A stretch of DNA of 64,000 nt. Origin: a virus. The notes under the pieces were generated by a model. The model had not been told where the DNA came from. It did no database searches and worked only from the letters and a program-made list of their open reading frames with translations. The stretch lies in the IMG/VR virus record IMGVR_UViG_3300012314_000001; one strand, written 5' to 3'. Below, in pieces: positions 27,367-36,473 of this stretch. The position numbers were made by a program, and so were the translations under genes. The stretch's first letter is position 1. Each line of letters starts with the position of its first letter.

Positions 27367-28023
27367 TTACTTGGTTTCTAGCATGATGCAAGAGCAGTGA
27401 ATATTGTCGGTGCTTTGGGGGTCGGTGTCGCTCAGCAGGGCCCAAAGTGGGTGTCCGATGGGCAGTTCGAGGTAAATGTCGTCGGCGGTGACGGTGTCCG
27501 GGGATTGGATAATCGTGACCGCGGGAGAGTGGACGATTTGATCCCAGGCAATGGTATCGCCGTCATAGTCTTCGATGAGTGGTGCAAGGAATTCTTGGTC
27601 GGTAAGTTCCGTGTCGCCGTGGTAGTGGTATGCGGCGAGGCAGTGTATAGAGGTGTAGATTCCGGAGTTGGTGAGGTTGAGGTGTCCACCGCTGGGGGCC
27701 ACATGGTGTGCGCTGGAGGTGAAGGTTACGAATTCGCCTTGGGTTTTGGTGGTGAGGTTAGCAATGGTGATGTAGTCGAGTGTGGAGCCGTGTGCGGAGT
27801 GTGCGAGGGATGTGAGGGTGTTGGGGTTGCGGGTGAGTTCGGTGTGGATGAGTGGGTTGAGCCAGGGGAGTGTGGGTTCGATTTGGTCGTTGTAGAAGGT
27901 GAGTAGGGTGTCGTTGGTGTTTGTGGGTTCGGGTGTGATGCCTGTGCCGAGGAGGGTTGCGGCGTGTGGGGTGTTTTCTGGTGTGATGTAGGTGCGGTGG
28001 CGGGTGAGTTGGTATTGCGTCAT
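27367..28023 (-). CDS. hypothetical protein (218 aa), tandem paralog
   Basis: See previous. Confidence 0.45.
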   Translation of the reverse strand: MTQYQLTRHRTYITPENTPHAATLLGTGITPEPTNTNDTLLTFYNDQIEPTLPWLNPLIHTELTRNPNTLTSLAHSAHGSTLDYITIANLTTKTQGEFVTFTSSAHHVAPSGGHLNLTNSGIYTSIHCLAAYHYHGDTELTDQEFLAPLIEDYDGDTIAWDQIVHSPAVTIIQSPDTVTADDIYLELPIGHPLWALLSDTDPQSTDNIHCSCIMLETK

Positions 28024-28152
28024 GGGTTTAGTGTAGCAGGGAGTTACCCCTTTTGCACAATAAAAACCAGTATTTAATAATCGTGTTTAGTTTTGAAAAG
28101 TTGACCACAATCAACTACACTAAAAAACAACCAACAACAAAAAGGAGACACC

Positions 28153-28581
28153 ATGGACCCCCACACCCTCAACCTCGCCTACCGAATCACCACAACCCAC
28201 ACCCCCATCCACCCCGACACCCTCAACACCACCGTCTACCTCACCAACATCATCGAAAAAATCACCACCGACACCTACGCCACCCCCACCACCTTCTACC
28301 CACACGACAACACGCTCAAAACCCAAGAAATCAACACGCTTACCCTCCACAACAACCACATCACCACCAACTCCTTCCGCCCCTACTTCATCGTGCCACC
28401 CACCCACTTAGACGACAGTATCGGCTTAGCAATCGCAGCTATCGGCACTCTCACCGCCCAAGAACTCAGCGCCACTATCACCAACACACCGCCCTATATT
28501 CATGCTGTGGAACAAGGAACCCCCATTAACCTTGACGAAGCGGCGGAATACTACACTCAGCTTTGGAACCCGAGCGCATAG
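28153..28581 (+). CDS. hypothetical Thr-rich protein (142 aa)
   Basis: Strong RBS aaaggagacacc before the ATG. Preferred over the overlapping His/Pro-rich ORF 28053-28529. Confidence 0.45.
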   Translation: MDPHTLNLAYRITTTHTPIHPDTLNTTVYLTNIIEKITTDTYATPTTFYPHDNTLKTQEINTLTLHNNHITTNSFRPYFIVPPTHLDDSIGLAIAAIGTLTAQELSATITNTPPYIHAVEQGTPINLDEAAEYYTQLWNPSA

Positions 28582-28592
28582 GAAAGACACCA

Positions 28593-28907
28593 ATGTACGA
28601 CATATTTAACATCAACACTATCTCCGGAAAAACGTACCAGTATATCCTTGATCCTGCCGTTTCTGAAAACAAGGTCGTTATCAAAGACACAGCATGCATC
28701 TGCATTGTAGGATCGGGAGAAGTATTCGATTCCTTAATATCCGATGTCTGCGACGAAACAGGTCTTCACTATGGGCGGGCAAAACCCTATGACGCCTCCC
28801 GGTGGATATACTTCTGTCCTGGCGTCTACCTTAATGCGCACACTGTTGAATCAGTAGTGCGTACAAAAATTCCCGGTACGGAATACAAACAACTCCGAAG
28901 CAAATAG
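28593..28907 (+). CDS. hypothetical Cys-containing protein (104 aa)
   Basis: RBS aggaaaga before ATG 28593. Confidence 0.4.
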   Translation: MYDIFNINTISGKTYQYILDPAVSENKVVIKDTACICIVGSGEVFDSLISDVCDETGLHYGRAKPYDASRWIYFCPGVYLNAHTVESVVRTKIPGTEYKQLRSK

Positions 28908-28926
28908 CCCTGACGCAGGCATATAA

Positions 28927-28974
28927 AACCGGCCCCTAGAAGACAAAAACCAAAACTTCTAGAGGCCGGTTTAC
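28927..28974. terminator. bidirectional rho-independent terminator (aaccggcccctagaag...cttctagaggccggtt)
   Basis: 14-bp near-perfect stem flanked by A/T runs, between convergent genes. Confidence 0.6.
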
Positions 28975-29238
28975 CTATTCCCTACGGAACGAGGACCCTA
29001 ACCCTCGCCCCACAGTCAGTCTACACGACATGCTTTGTTTTGTGGTTGTAATATGCGGGAAAGATAGCAGATTATTCACGCGAAGAAAACCCCCGGTATT
29101 GAAACACAAATACCGGGGGAGAACAGGTTTTAAAAACTCGAAAAATGCATCAAATGCTATTCTCGGAAGCGGCGCGTGGCACGTATTTCAGAGCTGCTAC
29201 CACGCCTAAGTATATAGCATGCGATCTAAGGCGGTCAA

Positions 29239-29718
29239 CTAAAGGCTTTCAAACGATATATCCTCGGCAATATCGCCGGGATCTAGAACAGGGTTTTCGG
29301 CCTGAACCGCCTTGTCCCACGCTGATCCCTTAATTTTTGTTGCCTCACAAACTTCTAGTGTCGATAGGTTGCGCGTTTTCTCCCATACACGAAGCAAAGC
29401 CACGTTTAGCTCAACGTCCTGGGACTTATCAGGCACAAATACTTTGCCAGAAGCAGTTTGGCAGTAGCGGGTGATTCGGCCTTGGGGATTGTCGGAGAAC
29501 TGGTTGGCAAGGGAGTGGAGTGCGGGGCCGTGTTCCCAGGTGCAATAAGGCTCGCCGATGAGTTCTCTGCCTGTATTTTTCTGATAATGAGTCTCAATAA
29601 GGAATACGATACGCTGCAACTTCGGAAGGTTCAGCGGACTATTATCACGAAAAGAAAACTCCAGCACACTGTTAGCAACATGTGTCGCAAAATACGCCAT
29701 GAAACGCCTCCTCCACAA
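29239..29718 (-). CDS. Panacea-domain (DUF4065, SocA/PanA antitoxin-like) protein
   Basis: KLQRIVFLIETHYQKNTGRELIGEPYCTWEHGPALHSL matches the Panacea core (KLQKLLYyaq....g.pl....f.aw.hGPV..ly). Confidence 0.6.
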   Translation of the reverse strand: MWRRRFMAYFATHVANSVLEFSFRDNSPLNLPKLQRIVFLIETHYQKNTGRELIGEPYCTWEHGPALHSLANQFSDNPQGRITRYCQTASGKVFVPDKSQDVELNVALLRVWEKTRNLSTLEVCEATKIKGSAWDKAVQAENPVLDPGDIAEDISFESL

Positions 29719-29757
29719 AAAGGGCCGAGAAACTTATGTCCCGGCCCAACCTCATGG

Positions 29758-30813
29758 CTAATTATTCTCGTAGAACCAACTCGGAAGATTCCGCGGCTCA
29801 TCATCAGAACTGGAGCTGCTATTACCATTCGACCGCGGGGACTTCGTCACAGTAGTCGTCTCCGTCGTAGTCTGAACCTCAGCGTCAGCAACATCCTTTT
29901 CTAGCTGCTTAATGCGCTCATCCTTGTCCTTGACCCAGCCGTCACGTTCAGCAACCTTGCCTTCGGCGTCTTGTACTCGGCGGTTAAGGTCGTCCACCTG
30001 CTTTTGGAGATCCTCAGCGCTGTCACCAGAATCCGAGGCGTCCTTGGTGGCCTGATCGCGTTCCTTTACGAGCTTGTCTACTTCAGCTTGCAGTTCAGTG
30101 ACCTTTTGCTGGTTTTCTTCGTTTTCGTCTTCAGCGGACTTGTGGAAGGGGGAGCCGAGGGCAAGTAGGAGAATGGAGATGAGGGCTAGTATGCCGGTGG
30201 CGATAGCGAGGGCGGTGGACTTTTTGGAGGTGGAGTCGAGTTTTTCCTGATTTGCGTCTAGATCGTCTTCTACTTCCTTTAGTCGGGTAGTAAGTTCCCG
30301 GTTGTCTGCCTCCGCGGCGCGTAGCTTGTCTTTAGCGACGTCAAGAGAGGTGATGTTGCGGTTTCCGTCGGGGGAGTAATCTTCGTAGGTAGTGTTGCCG
30401 GGGAAAATTTGTTGCGGGGTATCTGGGTGGGTGTCTACGGGTGGGATGTTGGGGTCGGTGTTGTAGGAGTGGAAGATTTCGGTGGGTTGTTCTTCAGAGC
30501 GGTCGTAGTCGCGGTTGTAGTTGTTGCGTTCATGGCCGCGGTCAAAGTCACGGCGGTCTCCTCGGCGGGGGTCGTTGTTGAATTCACGGTCATCATAAGG
30601 GTCGTAGTTGTTGTCTGCCCGGTATTCTTGTTCGCTGCGGTTGGTGTAGTTGTCGTTGCGATGGAGGTCGCGGTTATTGTGGGGGTAGCGGCGTGCGTTT
30701 CCTTGTGCCGAGTTGTTGTTTTGTACATCGCCCATGTTTTTGTGGGGTCCGTAGGTTTGGCGGTATACGTCATTGAGTCGATCGTATTTTCCATTATCAT
30801 TCGGGTAGGTCAT
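29758..30813 (-). CDS. low-complexity N/D/R-rich protein with central TM helix and coiled-coil C-terminal half, immediately upstream of and co-oriented with the Panacea gene
   Basis: Start at the ATG with aaggaa RBS. TM segment ALAIATGILALISILLLALG. Heptad-like ELQAEVDKLVKERDQATKD... Confidence 0.45.
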   Translation of the reverse strand: MTYPNDNGKYDRLNDVYRQTYGPHKNMGDVQNNNSAQGNARRYPHNNRDLHRNDNYTNRSEQEYRADNNYDPYDDREFNNDPRRGDRRDFDRGHERNNYNRDYDRSEEQPTEIFHSYNTDPNIPPVDTHPDTPQQIFPGNTTYEDYSPDGNRNITSLDVAKDKLRAAEADNRELTTRLKEVEDDLDANQEKLDSTSKKSTALAIATGILALISILLLALGSPFHKSAEDENEENQQKVTELQAEVDKLVKERDQATKDASDSGDSAEDLQKQVDDLNRRVQDAEGKVAERDGWVKDKDERIKQLEKDVADAEVQTTTETTTVTKSPRSNGNSSSSSDDEPRNLPSWFYENN

Positions 30814-30937
30814 GGTGCTGATGTTCCTTCTGGGGTTATTTGTTGTTTGTGCCAACACTAGCAGGGTCTGGCGGTTGGCTCCAATTTTTCTTAAAACGAG
30901 TATATTTTAACATATTTAAATCTGATACCATGCACCC

Positions 30938-31636
30938 ATGGACTTTAACCACACCCCAGAACTCATACCCAACAACCTACCTCCAGCAGACAGACGATAC
31001 GCCCGACACGAACTCTTCCGAGCATTCCCCTGGGCAGTCTGGAACTCCAGCGCACTAGAAGGCTACAACTTCACCCTCAGCGAAGTCGAGTCCATCATTA
31101 ACGGCTACGCGCCCGGAAACTATCCTATTGACCACATCGATGACGTCCGCGGTATTGCCGCAGGATGGAAAACAGCCCTACAAGCCATGGATCAAGGGGA
31201 AGAAGCAGACGAAAATCTTGCCCGACAAATCAACTACGCCATCACACAAAAAACCAGCCTCGCGCCGGGCCAGTTCCGCGGCGAATCTACACACGTTCAT
31301 GGCGACGGCGGCAATGTACGCACCCCGCGGGGCTTGTATGTTGCGCCGCGCCCGGAAGAGATCAAACCCCTCTGGGACGACTTTGCTATTGACGACCCGG
31401 TGCAGCGCAGTTTCTTACGCATCCCTTTCATCGCCCGCCTGCAGCCTTTCTGGGACGGAAACAAACGCACAGCACTTATGCTCTCCGCAGTAGACCTCAT
31501 CAACAATGGCATGCCCCCGCTGATCGTGGAAAGCCACAACTTCGACCAATGGCACGACGCCCTTACCTGCCTATTCATTGACAACAACGCCGACCCAGTC
31601 CTCGAAGTACTCACCGGCTCCATTCTAAAAATGTAG
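30938..31636 (+). CDS. Fic/Doc-family protein with Doc-type motif in which the catalytic His is replaced by Gln (QPFWDGNKRTAL)
   Basis: Fic N-terminal region (WNSSALEGYNFTLSEVESIINGY). Core motif FWDGNKRTALML, compared with Doc HxFxDGNKRTAL. Codon CAG read at the His position. Confidence 0.65.
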   Translation: MDFNHTPELIPNNLPPADRRYARHELFRAFPWAVWNSSALEGYNFTLSEVESIINGYAPGNYPIDHIDDVRGIAAGWKTALQAMDQGEEADENLARQINYAITQKTSLAPGQFRGESTHVHGDGGNVRTPRGLYVAPRPEEIKPLWDDFAIDDPVQRSFLRIPFIARLQPFWDGNKRTALMLSAVDLINNGMPPLIVESHNFDQWHDALTCLFIDNNADPVLEVLTGSILKM

Positions 31637-31671
31637 ACAGAACCAGAACCCATGCTGCTACACTACTTGGC

Positions 31672-32124
31672 ATGGACAACTACCAAAAATACGCCGAACA
31701 ATACAACCTCAACCACGAAGACTTCAAAAAATTCGCCGAAGTCTTTGTCAACACCGCCGCAAGCGAACACTACGTCTCCTACGACGTTAACGAAGAACCC
31801 GTCCTCGTCGACGACCTAGAATGGGCAGCACCTGACATCGGTGAAGGAATCGACGAAGACGACGCCATCGCTGCCATCGAAAACCACGACACCACCTTCA
31901 ACACACTCGCCGTATTTTTCCGCGACTACCAGCACGTACTTGACGACAAAGGCATCTCCTACCCCGAGTTCGCATCAGCACTTTACTGGGACCTAGAATG
32001 CGGAGACGACCAGGTAGAACAGCTCATTGGCGGTGAAGAAGGAAAAAAGATCTCCGCCCACGCCAACGATGCCGGATGGTGCGACTACTTCTTCATCGAC
32101 CACGGAACCCTCGGACTAGACTAA
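31672..32124 (+). CDS. hypothetical acidic protein (150 aa)
   Basis: ORF. Confidence 0.4.
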   Translation: MDNYQKYAEQYNLNHEDFKKFAEVFVNTAASEHYVSYDVNEEPVLVDDLEWAAPDIGEGIDEDDAIAAIENHDTTFNTLAVFFRDYQHVLDDKGISYPEFASALYWDLECGDDQVEQLIGGEEGKKISAHANDAGWCDYFFIDHGTLGLD

Positions 32125-32231
32125 AAAACAGCACGCACGCGGCAAGGATTTTCCACACAACAACGAAACCTGTGCTACAGTTACCTCATTGTTACAAAAC
32201 CGTTTGACCACAACGTGCGCGAAAGACAACA

Positions 32232-32945
32232 ATGATCAAGAAAAAATTCCTACTGCCCTCTGCCCTAGCCGCCGCAGCACTCACCGGCGCAATCGTCGTA
32301 CCAACCTCACTCGCACAACCCCAAGACACTCCCACCGAATCCCACGCCCCCGAAAAGCCCGGCGCGGATGAAGATAAGGATAAGGAGTCTGTGGAGGATA
32401 CTGCGAAGAAGTCCACGGCGATCATTGCCCGTGTGCGTGCCACTATCCCCAAGCCGGATAAGGTAGAGCGCCTCAATTTGGATAGGTTCCGTGTTCCTGA
32501 TCCGCAGCCTGAACCGGAGCCGGTAGTCCCGCAGGAGACTGAAGAGGTTGTTGAGGATACGGAAGCGTCCGTACCGCAGCCAGAGTTCAATGTTCCTGTC
32601 AGTGACTACGGCAATGATGTTGTTGCCGCGGCCATGTCACGTATTGGCGCGCCGTACGTCTATGGTGCCACGGGCCCGGATTCGTTTGACTGCTCAGGTC
32701 TTGTGCAGTGGGCGTATGCTCAGGTAGGTAAGTCTGTGCCGCGTGTGTCTGATGCGCAGATCTGGGGTGGTACTCCGGTATCGCTAGAGGAGCTGCAGCC
32801 GGGCGACGTCGTGGGCTATTCTGGTGGCGGCCACGTGGGTATTTATATTGGTGACGGTCAGGTGGTTCATGCTCCGACTACTGGTCAGACGGTGACGGTG
32901 ATTGGTTTGCATGATATGCCGGTTGTGGGGGCTTCGCGCTACTAG
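32232..32945 (+). CDS. secreted NlpC/P60 family cell-wall peptidase
   Basis: Signal peptide. APYVYGATGPDSFDCSGLVQWAY...GDVVGYSGGGHVGIYIG...VHAP (Cys-His-His catalytic arrangement). Confidence 0.85.
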   Translation: MIKKKFLLPSALAAAALTGAIVVPTSLAQPQDTPTESHAPEKPGADEDKDKESVEDTAKKSTAIIARVRATIPKPDKVERLNLDRFRVPDPQPEPEPVVPQETEEVVEDTEASVPQPEFNVPVSDYGNDVVAAAMSRIGAPYVYGATGPDSFDCSGLVQWAYAQVGKSVPRVSDAQIWGGTPVSLEELQPGDVVGYSGGGHVGIYIGDGQVVHAPTTGQTVTVIGLHDMPVVGASRY

Positions 32946-33056
32946 GATAGTGCAGATTTTGTTTCCGTCGTACCTTTGTTGGGTGCGACGGTTTTTCTTT
33001 GTGTAGGTGCTAGACTTTTAGGGTAGTTGAAAAATTTTTCCTGAAAGGAAACAACC

Positions 33057-33326
33057 ATGAGCGATTACATCACCCCTATGCGCGAGCATGACTCTATCGA
33101 GCAGGCAATTGAAAAGTCCTTCGCACCCGGATATGAGGTTTTGTACGTGGGCGACTCTGACGAGGAGGACAAGTATTGGGCAGTTGCGGAATGTGACGGC
33201 ACGCGCGCTGTCTACGAGTACCGTGTAGAAACTTTCGGCGGCGAGTACCATTTTCGTTCTATCCCCGTAGACCCTGCCACACCGTGCGCCCACAGCCCCG
33301 AAATCAACCAACTCATCAACAACTAA
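33057..33326 (+). CDS. hypothetical protein (89 aa)
   Basis: ORF. Confidence 0.35.
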   Translation: MSDYITPMREHDSIEQAIEKSFAPGYEVLYVGDSDEEDKYWAVAECDGTRAVYEYRVETFGGEYHFRSIPVDPATPCAHSPEINQLINN

Positions 33327-33370
33327 ACCCTACCCCAAATCCCTAAAACCCTAGAAAGGAGACCAACCAC

Positions 33371-34972
33371 GTGGCCCGACAACGACGACACAACGCCCAA
33401 CCCATAGACAAACCCACACGAGAAGAAAAGAAACAAAAAACCACCCACCTTAAACGCACCATCATTCTCGTACTCTCCATTGTCCTTGTCGTTATCCTCA
33501 CCGCCGCGGTAGGCCTCTACGGTATCCGAGCGTTCCTTGGCACAGCACAAAGCTCCACCACCGTCAGCCTCGATACTGACGTTGATGATGAGTACAAGGT
33601 TGGCTCCGGCACACAAGACTCCGACAATAAAGGAAAAGGTCCAAAAGACGGGGCCATAGACTACCTGCTTGTGGGTGCGGATAGTCGCGTTGACATGCAG
33701 GGAAACCCTTTATCCCCGGAGATGGCGGAAAAACTACGCGCCGGGGATGTTGATACCACGAATACGGACGTGATTATGGTACTGCGTGTTGCTGCGGACG
33801 GGTCGCAGGCCTCAGCGGTGTCTATTCCGCGTGATACGTACATTAGTGACCGCCAGTTTGGTAATACGAAGATCAATGGTGTCTACGGTATGCACCAGGC
33901 GGACAAATTGTCTGAGTTGGGCAAGGATAATGCTGATGCGCAAAAACAGGCTGCGGACGCGGGTAGGCAGGGTCTTACTGAGGCTGTTGCAAACCTGACG
34001 GGTGTGACTGTGGATCATTATGTGGAAGTTGGTCTTGTAGGATTTTCTCTGTTTACGGACGCTGTGGGTGGAGTTGACGTGTGTTTGAATAACGCTACTG
34101 AAGATCCTATGACTGGGGCGTCGTTTCCTGCGGGTCAGCAGACTCTTGACGGTGCGGAGGCATTGTCTTTTGTACGTCAACGCTATGGGCTTGCTAATGG
34201 TGATTTGGATAGGGTGAAGCGTCAGCAAACGTATTTGACGTCGATGGGTAAGAAGCTTCTTTCTGCGGGTACGTTGACGAATCCGAAGAAGTTGAAGGGG
34301 TTGTTGGATGCAGTGGAGCAGTCTGTTGCGATTGACGATAACCTTAATCTTACTGAGGCCGCAACCACCTTATCGAAAATTGATCCCAGTAACATCACGT
34401 TTGAAACCATCCCCGTCATCACCATCGCCGGACACGGAGACCACGGCGAATCCGTCGTCGAAGTAGACACCCCCACCGTCCAAAACTTCTTCGCCGCCCG
34501 CGCAGGCTCCACCACACCCGACACCCCACGAACAGACAACCACGTCGACCCCCGCGGCGAAAAACTCCCCGAAGACATGGCCGTTATCGAATCCGTACCT
34601 TCTGCCCGAGTATTCTCCGTCGGCACTGACGAAGCCCCGGCGCGCGATGCCGCGAAACGACTCACTGACGACGGTATTGTAGTCACAGATGTGGCTATGG
34701 CACCGTCTAAGTGGTCGTCATCAGGTGGGCAGGTGCTGGTGCGCTCGTCGACAAAGTCTGCTCAGCGTATTGGCGAGCTTTTAGGACTGCCGGTGGTAGA
34801 GCAGCGATCCTTGCCGGAAGGTACTGTGGTTGCTCTTGTTGGTGCCCCATCGTCTGAGGTTCCCGCGGGCGAATTGGACTCTGGTGAGGCAGAAGAATTT
34901 GTGCCCTCTGCCCCGCCTGTGCAGTCTTCAGAAGCTACCAGTGTGGAACAAGGCGTGGTGTGTGTTAATTAA
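33371..34972 (+). CDS. LCP (LytR-CpsA-Psr) family cell-envelope phosphotransferase with C-terminal LytR_C-like domain
   Basis: GTG start with RBS aaaggaga. N-terminal cytoplasmic tail plus TM. DYLLVGADSR...IMVLRV...SIPRDTYI...VNGVYG...HYVEVGLVGFSLFTDAVGGVDV...LDGAEALSFVRQR. Confidence 0.85.
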   Translation: MARQRRHNAQPIDKPTREEKKQKTTHLKRTIILVLSIVLVVILTAAVGLYGIRAFLGTAQSSTTVSLDTDVDDEYKVGSGTQDSDNKGKGPKDGAIDYLLVGADSRVDMQGNPLSPEMAEKLRAGDVDTTNTDVIMVLRVAADGSQASAVSIPRDTYISDRQFGNTKINGVYGMHQADKLSELGKDNADAQKQAADAGRQGLTEAVANLTGVTVDHYVEVGLVGFSLFTDAVGGVDVCLNNATEDPMTGASFPAGQQTLDGAEALSFVRQRYGLANGDLDRVKRQQTYLTSMGKKLLSAGTLTNPKKLKGLLDAVEQSVAIDDNLNLTEAATTLSKIDPSNITFETIPVITIAGHGDHGESVVEVDTPTVQNFFAARAGSTTPDTPRTDNHVDPRGEKLPEDMAVIESVPSARVFSVGTDEAPARDAAKRLTDDGIVVTDVAMAPSKWSSSGGQVLVRSSTKSAQRIGELLGLPVVEQRSLPEGTVVALVGAPSSEVPAGELDSGEAEEFVPSAPPVQSSEATSVEQGVVCVN

Positions 34973-35825
34973 GGTCACACGCGTCGAGTACGTCTTGTAC
35001 TAGCTGATCGGCGTCCGCGTCGGGGGTGGTTTTTGAATCCGCAAGTGCCCACATGGTTGTGGCGATTTGTTGAGGGAATCCTTCGGGGTTGGACGATGTG
35101 GGGGAGAGTTGGGCGACGAAGTTTTGTGGCGTGCCGTGGGGGCCTACAACGTCAAGATATTTGGCGTATAGTCCGTAGATTTCGTCACGAGTGTAGACCT
35201 TAATGCCACGTTGCTGGATTTCTTCCGGAGTCCACACATCACCCTCGTAAGACTGGCGCAACTCTGGGTGGTGATAAATCGCGGCGGATCGGCCCTCAAC
35301 AGTGGTAGTAACATACGTAATCCAGGCCTCAGCATAGTCTGCTTTGGTTCCCTGTTCGACACCCTCTGCCGCCATAATCATAATAGGGTCAAGGTTTTCC
35401 TGACCTTGGGTGGTGCATTTGTCCACAAAGTCGTAGAGTTGGTTTCCCTGGCTGTCCGAGCGCAGTTCCCTAATGGCCTCTTGCTGCTCTTTGTCCATAA
35501 TACGATCCGGCATGAGCCACGATGGGATATTCGACGCGGCGTTTCCTATCCATGATGTTGCTACGGCACCTGCGGGGGCGAGGACACTGACAGCGCCGAA
35601 TATCAGGAAAACCACTACAGCCACAATGCCTACTGTTTTCCACCCGCCTAGAGCAAGGAATACTTTCCTACCGATTTTGCGGGCAATGTTTTTCGCCGCT
35701 GAGGAGGAGTCTTTCTTTTTAGCGGGGGCTCCCTTGGTATTATCAACCGCGCCGCGTGTATTGTCTTGAGCCCCGCGGGTATTATCCCCAGAGTTCGGGG
35801 AGAGTTTTTTAGCAAGCCACGACAC
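34965..35825 (-). CDS. hypothetical membrane-anchored protein (286 aa)
   Basis: Basic N-terminus with NTRGA repeats, one TM (TVGIVAVVVFLIFGAVSVLA). Confidence 0.45.
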   Translation of the reverse strand: MSWLAKKLSPNSGDNTRGAQDNTRGAVDNTKGAPAKKKDSSSAAKNIARKIGRKVFLALGGWKTVGIVAVVVFLIFGAVSVLAPAGAVATSWIGNAASNIPSWLMPDRIMDKEQQEAIRELRSDSQGNQLYDFVDKCTTQGQENLDPIMIMAAEGVEQGTKADYAEAWITYVTTTVEGRSAAIYHHPELRQSYEGDVWTPEEIQQRGIKVYTRDEIYGLYAKYLDVVGPHGTPQNFVAQLSPTSSNPEGFPQQIATTMWALADSKTTPDADADQLVQDVLDACDLN

Positions 35826-35836
35826 GAAAAAGTCCT

Positions 35837-36460
35837 CTACAACTGTAGGTTTTTGATAACTTCTTCTGCTACTGTAGCAGGCTTGATGGTTTGTTCCTGG
35901 TTAGAGAGCACTGTCACAGCCACAGGGCCTTTTTGCACCGAATACACTGACCCCACACCACCCTCATTGTTCCAACTACCACGGCCACCATCCCAGCCTT
36001 TAGGCTTCATAGCGGGGCTTGTCCACTCGATCGGGGCGTAGTGGTTGACGGTAGTAATAGCGTCTTCCTTAGTGGGAAGGTGGCGCACAATAACTTGGAG
36101 CTGCGGCTGGTCGGGGTAGGACCAGAAAACGCAGGCTGGGGTGTCAAATCGTGTGTCTAGCCCAACGCCTAAAACTTTTTGGCCGTTAGTGTCTGCAACC
36201 CAGTCAGTGTTGAGATACGGGCATTCGTCCCACGCGTCCTTGGGTGGGATAATGGCACCTTCTTCGGGGATGAGACCGCCGTCTGGTTGTGGGGCGTTGG
36301 CGGCGGGGTCAACGGTAGTATCCTCTGCGTTAGGATCTTTAGTTTCTGACTCAATAAAATCAGGGCCCTTGTGCAGATGGTCAAAATAGCTGGTGGAGCA
36401 GCCAGAAAGGGTTACTGACAGTGCTACACACGCAGCAGCAAGAGTGGTTTTTGTGCGCAT
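35837..36460 (-). CDS. putative lipoprotein (about 207 aa)
   Basis: Start set at MRTKTTLAAACVALSVTLSGCS (lipobox LSGC) with RBS aagga. The longer ORF to 36547 would overlap the polymerase gene. Confidence 0.5.
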   Translation of the reverse strand: MRTKTTLAAACVALSVTLSGCSTSYFDHLHKGPDFIESETKDPNAEDTTVDPAANAPQPDGGLIPEEGAIIPPKDAWDECPYLNTDWVADTNGQKVLGVGLDTRFDTPACVFWSYPDQPQLQVIVRHLPTKEDAITTVNHYAPIEWTSPAMKPKGWDGGRGSWNNEGGVGSVYSVQKGPVAVTVLSNQEQTIKPATVAEEVIKNLQL

Positions 36461-36473
36461 AGTGTCCTGATCC

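Noticed and set aside
28053-28529. 158-aa His/Pro-rich ORF
   Set aside because: It is a compositional artefact of CAC/CCA-rich DNA. The overlapping same-strand ORF 28153-28581 has a strong RBS and protein-like sequence.
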